Of a stretch of 64,000 bases of DNA, positions 40,266-49,630 are shown in pieces. This DNA is from Candidatus Spongiisociaceae bacterium (GTDB lineage: Bacteria; Actinomycetota; Acidimicrobiia; Spongiisociales; Spongiisociaceae), in assembly GCA_965219685.1 (NCBI GenBank), contig CBDCOH010000002.1:3296001-3360000 (forward strand). Reading direction: 5' to 3'. The stretch's first letter is position 1; each line of letters starts with the position of its first letter. The notes under the pieces were generated by a model. That model had not been told where the DNA came from. It did no database searches and saw only the letters and a list, made by a program, of their open reading frames with translations. The position numbers were made by a program, and so were the translations under genes.

Positions 40266-41592
40266 TCATACATCGAAGTAGGACACGGAACCCGGAATGA
40301 GACCCATCAACCGCTGGTAGGTCTGGACGACCTGCCGCTCTGTCATGCTCGCCAACAGATCGGCCGCCAATCGCTGTGAGCTGTCCCCGCTGTCACGCCG
40401 ATCCCGTATGGCCTGTGGGAGCAAGGCGCGATCACGATGTTTCTTGCTTCCGATCACGTCGACGTAGACGCTGAACAGCGTCTCGAGCATCCGCCGTTGA
40501 CCCGCTCGGATGCTGACAACCCTCGGATGCTGGATGACGTAATGCTTCGTCAGCCCCTTCAGCAGTTTGACGTCGAACTCGGCCTCCTCGTCAATCTTGA
40601 CGAGTCGTGTGTCCTCGGCCGTCGCCTCGCGTAGCGATATGGCATTGATGAACCTCGTTATCAGCGCCGACGCGGCAGTCCGTAGCGCCTCCCGCTGCTG
40701 CCTTCTACCGTCGAACGGAGCATCAAGGGGTAGAAAGTAGAGGTCGATCAGATACACCAGTCTCTCGGCCGCCTTGGTCTGGTCTTCGGTTAGATCCTCC
40801 TCCTCGTGCAATTCCTCGGCCACCCGGTCTATCTCAGTGGTCATGCCGCTTGAACCGTTGGAGCCTCGCGTATAGAGCCTCTCGAGTGGGATCAGGCCCG
40901 CACGGTAGAAGTCTTCCAGATCATGGACGGCATAGGTGATGTCGTCGGCCCAATCCATCAACTCGGCCTCGACACTTAACTGCCCTTCCCGAAGGTCTGC
41001 GCTGTCCCGGGCCCATTCGAAACAGTCGGTGTCCTCCCCGTAGGCACCCCACTTACCTTTGTTCTCACCAGCCTTCTCCCCACAGCCATGGGTATTTGAG
41101 AATGGCGTTGAGCGAGGCTCTTGTGAGGTCCAAGCCCGGAGGTTCCTGCTCTGCATAGCGGACAGCCAGCCTGGTGACGATGCGGAAGGACTGCGGGTTT
41201 CCTTCAAATCCCTCAGAGAGGCCGCTATCCCGCATTGCCCTGTTGATCGCGGCCTCACCACCATGGCCGAATGGCGGGTGACCGAGGTCATGAGCAAGGC
41301 CCGCCAATTCTACGACATCCGGATCAGGCCCTCCGCACACCTTCAACAGATCGCGAGAGGACTTCTGGATAAGCCTCTCGGCCATCCGGCGTCCTACTTG
41401 TGCCACCTTGAGTGAGTGCGTCAGACGGTTGTGGAACACATCACCTTCGGTTGCCGACACAACCTGTGTGACACCGCTGAGGCGACGGAACTCATCTGAG
41501 TAGAGAACCCGATCGCGGTCACGCTGGAATTCGCTTCGGTATTCCCCTTCTTTCCGCCGGGATCCCGAGTAACGCTCAGGCCCTCCCCTCAT
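40266..41592 (-). pseudogene. dgt: HD-domain dNTP triphosphohydrolase (dGTPase) split by a single-base frameshift
   Basis: The 5' frame has FQRDRDRVLYS, RRLSGVTQV, HNRLTHS, LAHDLGHPPFGHGGE, FEGNPQ and LKYPW. The 3' frame has KWGAY and MDWADDITYAVHDLED. Removing one G from the GGGG at about 41078-41081 joins them into about 441 aa. Confidence 0.88.
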
Positions 41593-41843
41593 CGACGGAC
41601 TAGACGGATGCCCTCGATGCCCGTGTCAAGACTCCCGCGGCTCACGAGCTCCAAAACTGCGATAGAAACCTGCGCATGGCTGAAGTGAGGATCATTGAGG
41701 CGTCGCTTCACCTCTCGCACGTTCGTGATCGTCTCTCCATCCTCGAAGAGCCTCAACACCCGTTGTCTGCGCTCCCGGCGCGCGGCCATCACCTGCATAA
41801 TTCGTTGCCTGCGGCTATCGCTTCTCGTCGGAGTCCGCTCCAT
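41589..41843 (-). CDS. small winged-helix-like hypothetical protein, translationally coupled to the dGTPase
   Basis: Purine-rich RBS, ATGA overlap with the dGTPase start, and helix pattern RQRVLRLF / VREVKRRL / SHAQVSIAVLELVSRG followed by a wing. Confidence 0.7.
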   Translation of the reverse strand: MERTPTRSDSRRQRIMQVMAARRERRQRVLRLFEDGETITNVREVKRRLNDPHFSHAQVSIAVLELVSRGSLDTGIEGIRLVRR

Positions 41844-41867
41844 CCCTCTCCCCTTCCCCCTGCTTGA

Positions 41868-41904
41868 ACTTACGTCAGTGTAAGTAATAGCACGTGGGTA
41901 TGAC
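41868..41904 (-). promoter_or_regulatory. putative promoter with a palindromic operator over the -10
   Basis: Minus-strand CTGTCA-N18-TACACT; the ACTTAC-N6-GTAAGT palindrome (41868-41885) overlaps the -10. Confidence 0.4.
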
Positions 41905-41936
41905 AGCCCTGGTCGGGATCGTCGGGATCTGGTTTC

Positions 41937-42464
41937 CTAGCTTCGTTCGATGACTCCGCAGGCAACTCGGTCGCCGGCCCCGGGTTCCGCGCCGTAGCTG
42001 TCGGGTTTGGCGTGGATGATGATCGCGGAGCCGTCGGCGTCGAAGAGGGATCCATCGGCACCGGCCGCGAGGGAGATCCGGTCGGCGAAGTAGTCGGTGC
42101 GTGCGATACCGTCGTCGCCGGCGTGGATGTTAGGTAGGTCCCCTGGATGCCAGCTCTCCGCGTGCATGAAGCCGTGGCCCTCGTCGTCGGGATCGAAATG
42201 GCCTCCGGCCGCCGAGAAGTCCGGCGTGCAGGCGCCAACACCATGGATGTGGAATCCGTGCGGTCCGGGGGTCAGCCCGCTGATCTCGGCGGAGATCAGA
42301 ACACCGTTGGGTCCTTGCGTCAGGACGACCTTGCCCATCGGGTCGCCATCGGGCCCCGACATCGACGCTACGGCCGTTTGGCCCACCGCGCTCGTTTCCT
42401 CCCCGCACGCCGCCAGGCCGACTACTACCACCAACCCCAACACAACTACAGCAATACGTCGCAT
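41937..42464 (-). CDS. sodC: Cu/Zn superoxide dismutase family lipoprotein
   Basis: LAAC lipobox, HGFHIH, GGHFDP, HPGDLPN, IIIH and RVACGVI motifs. Confidence 0.9.
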   Translation of the reverse strand: MRRIAVVVLGLVVVVGLAACGEETSAVGQTAVASMSGPDGDPMGKVVLTQGPNGVLISAEISGLTPGPHGFHIHGVGACTPDFSAAGGHFDPDDEGHGFMHAESWHPGDLPNIHAGDDGIARTDYFADRISLAAGADGSLFDADGSAIIIHAKPDSYGAEPGAGDRVACGVIERS

Positions 42465-42542
42465 TATCACTCGAGTCCTTTCGTTTCCTAAAGTCACGTC
42501 TTCTAAGGATTTCGCTTTCGTATGTCCCCTATTCCTCAACCT

Positions 42543-43514
42543 CTATGCACACCTGAGATCGTCGGGGTCCCAGCGGAACGAGGTCGGCGGCTCCCGGGAG
42601 ATGCGCTCCCGCGTGTCCAGCCACATATCCCGCCAGATGGCGGAGTCTTGCACCACGGAAGCCGGATCCGCCCGGCTGCGAGCCACGAAGCTGGGTGCCC
42701 AGTCCCGTCCGGTAGGCGCTCCGACCGGCGAGTAACGCAGGTCGAAGCTCCATCGCAGTTCGTCGCTCAAGTTGGGCAGGGAGGAGTGGACGGTGCGCCG
42801 GTGCATGAACAGGACATCGCCGGGCTCCATCTCGACCGGAACCGCTCCCGGAGGGACCCGTTCCTCCGGGATGTGCAGGCCCTTGGTCTTGGGTGTGTCG
42901 AGGCAGTGCAGGATGAGTTCACCCCGATGGCTCCCCGGCACGACGAGGAGGCACCCTGTCTTGAGTGTGGCTTCGGTCAACGGGATCCAGACCGTGAGGA
43001 TGCCGGTCTCGTCGCCGGCCTCGTGGACCACACTCTGATCCTGGTGCCAGACGGTCCGGGAGATCATGGTGTTGAAGTAGAGATCCTCCGGAACGAGGTG
43101 CTGGGGCGGTTTCATCCGGGCGTGCTGGACTGGATGCACCAGGATCTCGGGCCCGATGAAGGCCTCCACCGCATCGAGGAGGTTCTCGTTGGCCAGCAGA
43201 CCGAACACGGCCGGGCCGAGATGGATGGGTGTGTCGGGCGTGGTACGGGCTCCCGGCAGGCAGATGTCGGTATGCGCGAAGACCTGCCCACGACTCTCGA
43301 CGGCAAGACGGATCACCCGGTCGCCGAGCGGTAGGTCCGAGTAGCGATCCGCCACGACCCCATCCGCCTCCATCCGGGCGGATACATCGTCGATCAGTTG
43401 GTCGTACTCCTCGAACAGCGGGAAGAGATCCCGAGCAGGATCGAGCAGGTTCTGCCAGACCACGTAACCGACATCGTCGAGCACCTGTCTCCGGGTGGTA
43501 ACAGTGACGTTCAC
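42543..43514 (-). CDS. phytanoyl-CoA dioxygenase (PhyH) family 2OG-Fe(II) oxygenase
   Basis: WHQD, VWIPL, GCLLVVPGSH and HSSLPN..RWSFDLRY motifs. Confidence 0.92.
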   Translation of the reverse strand: MNVTVTTRRQVLDDVGYVVWQNLLDPARDLFPLFEEYDQLIDDVSARMEADGVVADRYSDLPLGDRVIRLAVESRGQVFAHTDICLPGARTTPDTPIHLGPAVFGLLANENLLDAVEAFIGPEILVHPVQHARMKPPQHLVPEDLYFNTMISRTVWHQDQSVVHEAGDETGILTVWIPLTEATLKTGCLLVVPGSHRGELILHCLDTPKTKGLHIPEERVPPGAVPVEMEPGDVLFMHRRTVHSSLPNLSDELRWSFDLRYSPVGAPTGRDWAPSFVARSRADPASVVQDSAIWRDMWLDTRERISREPPTSFRWDPDDLRCA

Positions 43515-44065
43515 ATGTCCTCCAACAGTGTTCCGGCGCCGTGACGGCAGGCTCTCGCGGCGCCATACGGCGTCCGCCGCGGTCCATGTGGATCGTAATA
43601 GGAAGCGGCAGACACGGGTGGGTATGAGGCTGCGAAAACTGCGCTGATCAAGAGGGTTGACCTTGTCACTGCTTCATCGCACTATGGGTGGCAGCCAAAC
43701 ACCGGTGCGGTCCGAACCCGGCGTCATTCGACCGCCAAGGGATCATCAGGCTCGGAACAACGGCTCCTCTCGGAGACCCCGCCAGGACGCGCTCCGAGCC
43801 CAGGCAAGGTGGTGGTTGGGGGAGGGCCCGATGGGTAGGCAGGCAGCGACGTTTTTCGCGACCTGAGGGGTTCCCTGCCGACGTTCCGTCAGCGGCGGCT
43901 ACGGACGGGTGCGGATCGGGCGGTTTCGGGCCGATCCTGCGTCTTGCGGATCGAAACCATGCGAGCGAGACGGTGGCTCTCCCGCACCCGTCGGGCAAGA
44001 GACCGGAAGCTACACTCCGCCACGGCGGTTCGGCTTCGTAGAGGATCCGGATCGGCTCCGGCCTC

Positions 44066-45577
44066 GTGCCTCCCGAGAGGGTCGCCAACTTGATTCCATC
44101 CTCCACAGCCAGGCATCTCGACTCTCACTTGCAAGACAGGCGCGCCGCCGACGTGCTGGTCGTAGGAGGGGGAACGGCCGGATTCGTCGCGGCCATCGCC
44201 GCCGCTAGGAACGGCGCGAGGACCGTGCTTGCGGAGTACCTCCCGTTCCTGGGGGGCACCCATGGCGGCGGGGCGATGGTCATGGGAACGATCGGGTTCC
44301 GACCCACAGGGGAGAGCAGCCACCGGGTGGAGGCGGAAGGCCAACTGATGGTGGGCGGCATTCCCCTCGAGTACTACGACCGGATGCTGGCGGCGCGGGC
44401 CACGTCGGGGGACCCGGGCGATCCCAGCAATGCCTGGCCGAAGGACCTCGAGATCAGCAAGGTCGTCACCGAGGAAATGGTCACCGAAGCCGGGGCGGAC
44501 ATCTGGTTCATGACGCAACTGGTGGATGTCATCGTCGACGACGGAGCCGTGTTGGGCGCGCTGGTGACCAGGGGGGGCGGGTTGGTCCGTGTCGACACCG
44601 GGATCATCATCGACGCCAGCGGTGACGGAGTCGCCGCGGTCCAGGCCGGCGCCGGATACGAGGTCGGAAGGCCCAGCGACAACAAGGCCGAGGCCGCCAC
44701 CCTCTACTTCGAGATGGCCGGGATCGACCTCGGGCGCCTGCTCGATCATCTGGCGGACCATCCCGAGGACATAAGCCACCATCACCGCGACCGGGGCGTG
44801 TCGGCCACCACCCTGCGGCGGGACTGGGAGGCGGGAGGTCCCTTCGTGGTCCGGCTGGGCGTCAACTACGCCGCTGGGAGGGAGGCCGGGCTGCTTCCCA
44901 CGCCCGTAGGAGCCGAGCACTCCGCCCACACCGATCCCAGCCTGGGGACCTTCTGGATGCACTGGCGGGACGGGCAATGGGTGGCCTCGTCGTTCTCCGT
45001 CAACATGGACACGACCTACGGCCTGGATCCGCGGGATCGGGACGCATACGACGACGCCCTGGTGGCTACACGCCGGTTCGTGCTGGACATGGTGCGCTAC
45101 TACCAGGCCAACGCCCCCGGCTTCGAGAACGCATACCTGCTGAGGTTCGCCACGTTGCTCGGTGTCCGGGAGGGCCCGCGCATCCTCGGCCGGTACCTGC
45201 TCACCGCCGCGGATGTAGCCGCGGCTTCCGACTTCCCCGATGCCGTGGGGCGGTGCGGAGTGAGGGTGGACATCCATCCGGAGGATCCGGGAGGGCGGGA
45301 GTTCCTGCTCACCGATGTGGGCGGGGATCGGGGCTGGTACCAGATCCCCTACCGGGCGCTGGTCGCCGCCGATGTCGACGGCGTGATGATGGCCGGGCGG
45401 AACATCTCGGCGGACCATGTCGCCCACGGATCGGCTCGCCACCAGGTCACCTGTATGATGATCGGCCAGGCAGCAGGTACCGCCGCCGCCATCGCCGCCC
45501 GGCGGGGGGTGCCGCCCCACGACATCGACGTCGCGCTACTCCAGTCCACCTTGCGGCGTCAGGGAGCGATCATATGA
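44066..45577 (+). CDS. FAD-dependent oxidoreductase (FAD_oxidored family)
   Basis: DVLVVGGGTAG, IDASGDG, GVRE and YQIPYRALV..MAGRNIS motifs; start uncertain. Confidence 0.88.
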   Translation: MPPERVANLIPSSTARHLDSHLQDRRAADVLVVGGGTAGFVAAIAAARNGARTVLAEYLPFLGGTHGGGAMVMGTIGFRPTGESSHRVEAEGQLMVGGIPLEYYDRMLAARATSGDPGDPSNAWPKDLEISKVVTEEMVTEAGADIWFMTQLVDVIVDDGAVLGALVTRGGGLVRVDTGIIIDASGDGVAAVQAGAGYEVGRPSDNKAEAATLYFEMAGIDLGRLLDHLADHPEDISHHHRDRGVSATTLRRDWEAGGPFVVRLGVNYAAGREAGLLPTPVGAEHSAHTDPSLGTFWMHWRDGQWVASSFSVNMDTTYGLDPRDRDAYDDALVATRRFVLDMVRYYQANAPGFENAYLLRFATLLGVREGPRILGRYLLTAADVAAASDFPDAVGRCGVRVDIHPEDPGGREFLLTDVGGDRGWYQIPYRALVAADVDGVMMAGRNISADHVAHGSARHQVTCMMIGQAAGTAAAIAARRGVPPHDIDVALLQSTLRRQGAII

Positions 45578-45608
45578 ACCGTTACAGCAACGGGGACAGG
45601 GAGTCCCG

Positions 45609-46409
45609 GTGCTCGGTGACCTGAGCGGCAGGACCGCGGTCGTGACCGGGGCCGGGGGCGGCCTCGGCCGGGCGATGGCCGTTGCTCTCGCCGATTACGG
45701 CGCCCGCGTAGCCGTGACCGACCTCCACGAGCACCGGGCCAGGGAGACGGCCGACCTCCTGGATGGCGACCCGATGGCGCTCGAAGTGGACGTGACCTCA
45801 CTGGAATGCGTGACCGCGGGCGCCGGCGCCGTGCTCGATGCTCTGGGACCGCCCCATATCCTGATCAACAACGCCGGCATCGCATCCGCCACCGTCGGGA
45901 GGGAGGGCGCTCCCGACCGCGACGAGGACTGGACCGCGGTGCTCCTGGTGAACATCCAGGGCACTGTTCGTTCCTGCGAGGCCTTCCTCCCCGCGATGAA
46001 GGAGAACCGGCGGGGCAAGATAATCAACGTCGGCTCGATGGCCGGCCATGCCGCCCGCCAGATCGGCGGCGCCTACGCCACCAGCAAGGCTGCCATCCTG
46101 CGGTACACCAAGGGTCTGGCCGTCGAGGTCGCGCCCTTCGGGATCAACGTGAACGCCGTCTGCCCCGGTGCTGTCTGGACCCCTCTTCAGGAGCGGGGCA
46201 TCGCCTACCGCCAAAGCCAGGATCCGGAACTCGCCGCCAGGGACCCGTACGAGATCTTCACCGCCAACTACGCCCGGACCATTCCCCTCGGTAGGCCGCA
46301 GACCGCCGAGGAGGTCGCCGCGGCGGTCGTGTTCCTGGCGTCGAGCGCCGCCGACAGCATCACGGGGCAGTGCCTGCACGTCGATGGCGGCGCCATCCTC
46401 CGCGACTGA
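45609..46409 (+). CDS. short-chain dehydrogenase/reductase
   Basis: TGAGGGLG, NNAG and YATSK motifs. Confidence 0.94.
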   Translation: MLGDLSGRTAVVTGAGGGLGRAMAVALADYGARVAVTDLHEHRARETADLLDGDPMALEVDVTSLECVTAGAGAVLDALGPPHILINNAGIASATVGREGAPDRDEDWTAVLLVNIQGTVRSCEAFLPAMKENRRGKIINVGSMAGHAARQIGGAYATSKAAILRYTKGLAVEVAPFGINVNAVCPGAVWTPLQERGIAYRQSQDPELAARDPYEIFTANYARTIPLGRPQTAEEVAAAVVFLASSAADSITGQCLHVDGGAILRD

Positions 46410-46446
46410 CCATGGGCGGTGGTGCGAACATGGCGCGGGACACCCG

Positions 46447-47568
46447 ATGAGGACGGTCGGTCTCAGGTTCTCCTCCTACCGGTGGCAACGGCCGCGGCCG
46501 ATCCACAACGGCCTGTTCACCTACTCGGAGGCATGTGTCGGCCTCGTCGAGATCGAGACCGACGAGGGCGTCACGGGATTCGGACTGACCACCGATCCGC
46601 TCATCGGCAACGGGAACCTGATCATCTCGGAGACGATCCGCACCCTGGCCCCGGTGATCCTCGGGAAGGACCCGCTCCGCCACGAACTCATCTGGGGCGA
46701 CCTGTGGCGGCCCAAGCTGATCGGGCGACGCGGCCTCACCACCCGGGCGATCAGCGCGGTGGACATAGCCCTGTGGGACATCAAGGCCAAGGTGGCGGGA
46801 CTCCCGCTCCATGTGCTGCTGGGGGGTTTCCAGGACCGCATACCCGGCTACGTCGCCGGTGGCTACTACGAGGAGGGCAAGGGGATCGACGAACTCCAGG
46901 CGGAGGTGTCCGGATACGTGAAGCTCGGCGCCAGAGCGATCAAGATGAAGATCGGGGGCATGCGCATCCGCGAGGACGTGGAGCGGGTGGCCGCGGTCCG
47001 GGACGCTCTGGGTCCCGACATCGATATCCTGCTCGACGCCAACGGCGCGTACACCGTGTTCGACGCCGTCAAGGTCGCCCAGGCCCTCGAGCCGCTCGAC
47101 ATCTTCTGGTTCGAGGAGCCCATCCACCCGGAGGACTACGAGGGCCTGGCCAGGGTGGCCGGGAGCACCACCATCCCGATCGCAGCCGGCGAGAACGAGT
47201 ACACGAAGCACGGCTTCAGGGACCTCATAGAGCGGACGGGCGTGAGCATCCTCAACGCCGATGCCCAGATAATGGGCGGGATCACCGAGTTCATGAAGGT
47301 TGCCGCCTATGCCCAGGCGCACAACATCCCGATCGCCCCGCACGGCCACCCGCACATCCACACACCGCTGGTGGCGGCCATACCCAACGGCCTGGTCATC
47401 GAGTACTACCCGTCGTCCGTGGTGCCGGGAGCGAGCGCCATGCTGCGGAGGACGGTCGGATTCGGCAGCGACGGCTACGTCAGGCCGATGGACGAGGTTG
47501 GCCTCGGGATCGACATCGACCCCGACGTTCCAAGTGATCTGCATTTCGAGATACGGCGTCCGGCCTGA
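46447..47568 (+). CDS. mandelate racemase / muconate lactonizing enzyme family
   Basis: DIALWDIKAK, KMKIG, DAN, EEP, GENE and APH motifs. Confidence 0.93.
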   Translation: MRTVGLRFSSYRWQRPRPIHNGLFTYSEACVGLVEIETDEGVTGFGLTTDPLIGNGNLIISETIRTLAPVILGKDPLRHELIWGDLWRPKLIGRRGLTTRAISAVDIALWDIKAKVAGLPLHVLLGGFQDRIPGYVAGGYYEEGKGIDELQAEVSGYVKLGARAIKMKIGGMRIREDVERVAAVRDALGPDIDILLDANGAYTVFDAVKVAQALEPLDIFWFEEPIHPEDYEGLARVAGSTTIPIAAGENEYTKHGFRDLIERTGVSILNADAQIMGGITEFMKVAAYAQAHNIPIAPHGHPHIHTPLVAAIPNGLVIEYYPSSVVPGASAMLRRTVGFGSDGYVRPMDEVGLGIDIDPDVPSDLHFEIRRPA

Positions 47569-47605
47569 GAGAGCCGCCCGACCGGATGAAAAATGGGGTG
47601 TGAGC

Positions 47606-48736
47606 ATGGCTGACCGGATCGAACGCATCGAGGTGAGGACCGTCTCGGTCCCCCTGCCGGCGCCCGTGGCCTGGTCCAACGTGAAGGTCACCGAACGCGA
47701 GTACGTACTGGTCTGGATCCGGACGACCGACGGAGGCAGTGGCCTCGGTTTCACCGTCGGTTCCCGTTTCAGGGGCGGCGCGGCCGTGATCCGCTCGGCC
47801 ATAGAGAACGCCCTGGGGCCGGTGATCGTGGGTCGGGATCCGGCGGAGATCGAGCGGCTGTGGGAGGACATGGCGTTCGAGACGTTGCTGCTGGGAGCAC
47901 GGGGAGCTGTGACGCGTGGGCTGTCGGCGGTCGACATCGCCCTGTGGGACCTGCTCGCCAAGCGGGCAGGACTGCGCCTCTGCGACCTCCTGGGCAGGTA
48001 CCGGCTGCGGGTGCCCGCATACGCCAGCGGCGGCTACTACTACCACGACGACCCCGCACGGGACCTCGGGAACCTCGAGGAGGAGGTGCGGCGCCATGTC
48101 GACCTGGGCTTCCGGGCTGTCAAGATCAAGATCGGCCGGCTCCCCATCCGCGACGACCTGAAGCGGGTCGAACGGGTCCTCGAGGCGGTCGGACCGGGAG
48201 TGAAGGTCGCCGTCGACTGCAACCACGCCTGGCCAGACGCGTCCAGCGCCATCCGCGATCTGCGGCTTCTCGACGATCTGGGACTCTGGTGGATCGAGGA
48301 GCCGGTCCTGCCCGACCGCATGAAGGCCTCGGCCCGGATCGCCGCCGAATTGACAACCCCCGTGGCGACCGGGGAGATCGAGGCCGGTCTGGCCTCCTTC
48401 CAGCGCCTGATCGACACCGGCGCCGCGGACATCCTCCAGCCGGACGCCACGGTCGTCGGCGGGGTCACGGAATGGGTGAAGATCGCCCATGCCGCCGAGG
48501 CGCAGGACATCGTGCTGGCCCCCCACTGGGTTCCCGACATCCACGTCCACCTCGGCGCGGCCACACCCAACGTGGAGGTGCTGGAGTACTTCCACGCCGG
48601 CGTGGGGGTGCTCAACTTCGAGACTCTCCTCCAAGAGAAGCTCGGGTTCGAGAACGGCGAGCTGCTGGTGCCTCCGCGCCCCGGACACGGGATAAGGCTC
48701 GATCAGGAAGCGGTAGACAGATTCGAGGTGAAGTGA
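47606..48736 (+). CDS. mandelate racemase / muconate lactonizing enzyme family (second paralog)
   Basis: DIALWDL, KIKIG, DCN, EEP, GEIE and APH motifs. Confidence 0.93.
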   Translation: MADRIERIEVRTVSVPLPAPVAWSNVKVTEREYVLVWIRTTDGGSGLGFTVGSRFRGGAAVIRSAIENALGPVIVGRDPAEIERLWEDMAFETLLLGARGAVTRGLSAVDIALWDLLAKRAGLRLCDLLGRYRLRVPAYASGGYYYHDDPARDLGNLEEEVRRHVDLGFRAVKIKIGRLPIRDDLKRVERVLEAVGPGVKVAVDCNHAWPDASSAIRDLRLLDDLGLWWIEEPVLPDRMKASARIAAELTTPVATGEIEAGLASFQRLIDTGAADILQPDATVVGGVTEWVKIAHAAEAQDIVLAPHWVPDIHVHLGAATPNVEVLEYFHAGVGVLNFETLLQEKLGFENGELLVPPRPGHGIRLDQEAVDRFEVK

Positions 48737-49518
48737 TGACAGATTGGGGCTTGACCGGGAGCGTGGCCTTGGTGACCGGCGCCGCCGGCGGCATCGGGCA
48801 GGCCATTGCCGACCGACTCGCCGAGGCAGGCGCTCGGGTCTACGCCAGCGACATGGCACCCGGAGGGGTCGATGTGGGAGGGAGCGGCCTCATCGTCCCC
48901 ATCGAGTTGGACGTGACGGATCGCCGGGCTGTCCGGGGGACGATGGAGCGGATCGTCGACGAGTCCGGGAGACTGGACGTCCTCGTGAACAACGCCGGAC
49001 TGATCAGGGCCGCAGGCCTGTACGAGTTGACCGAAGCCGACTGGGACGTGACGCTGGACGTCAACGCCAAGGGCCTGCTGTTCTGCACGCAGGCGGCCGC
49101 CGAGTTGATGCGCTCCTCCGCAGAGTCCTGCCCTGCGGGACGCTCGATCGTGAACATCGCCTCCACCGCCGGGCGGGACGGGCGCACCATGTCCCCTCCG
49201 TACGCCGCCAGCAAGGCCGCGGTCATCAACATCACCCGCTCCACCGCCCGCATCCTGGCGCCGGACGGCATCCGCGTGAACGCGGTATGCCCCGGTGTGG
49301 TAGACACGGCCTTCAACGCCCGCCTCGGCGAGCAGTTCGCTCCAGCCGAGAAGATGGAGCCGCGGGCGTGGGTCCTGCGGCGGGCGGAGCCGATACCGAT
49401 GGGCCGGTTGGCAGATCCCGACGAGGTGGCAACCGTGGTCCGGTTCCTGGCGTCGTCCCACGCGTCGTACGTGACAGGCCAGTCGCTCAACGTCGACGGC
49501 GGCCTATTGATGAATTGA
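48736..49518 (+). CDS. short-chain dehydrogenase/reductase
   Basis: Start at the TGATG overlap; TGAAGGIG, NNAG and YAASK motifs. Confidence 0.93.
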   Translation: MTDWGLTGSVALVTGAAGGIGQAIADRLAEAGARVYASDMAPGGVDVGGSGLIVPIELDVTDRRAVRGTMERIVDESGRLDVLVNNAGLIRAAGLYELTEADWDVTLDVNAKGLLFCTQAAAELMRSSAESCPAGRSIVNIASTAGRDGRTMSPPYAASKAAVINITRSTARILAPDGIRVNAVCPGVVDTAFNARLGEQFAPAEKMEPRAWVLRRAEPIPMGRLADPDEVATVVRFLASSHASYVTGQSLNVDGGLLMN

Positions 49519-49573
49519 GGCGCCGGCTGCCCGTCGGTCGTATACCTTCTAGTACCCTTACAGGTTGATTCAG

Positions 49574-49608
49574 ACCACCAACCACCAACCGCCAACCACC
49601 AACCACCA
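49574..49608. repeat. (ACCACCA)n heptamer array between convergent genes
   Basis: Five units, one of them ACCGCCA. Confidence 0.85.
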
Positions 49609-49630
49609 TGGTTGCCAGACTGCGATGCTT

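Noticed and set aside
41065-41067. Selenocysteine or stop readthrough at the dGTPase TGA
   Set aside because: The same frame hits TAA four codons later, and the conserved C-terminus is in a different frame.
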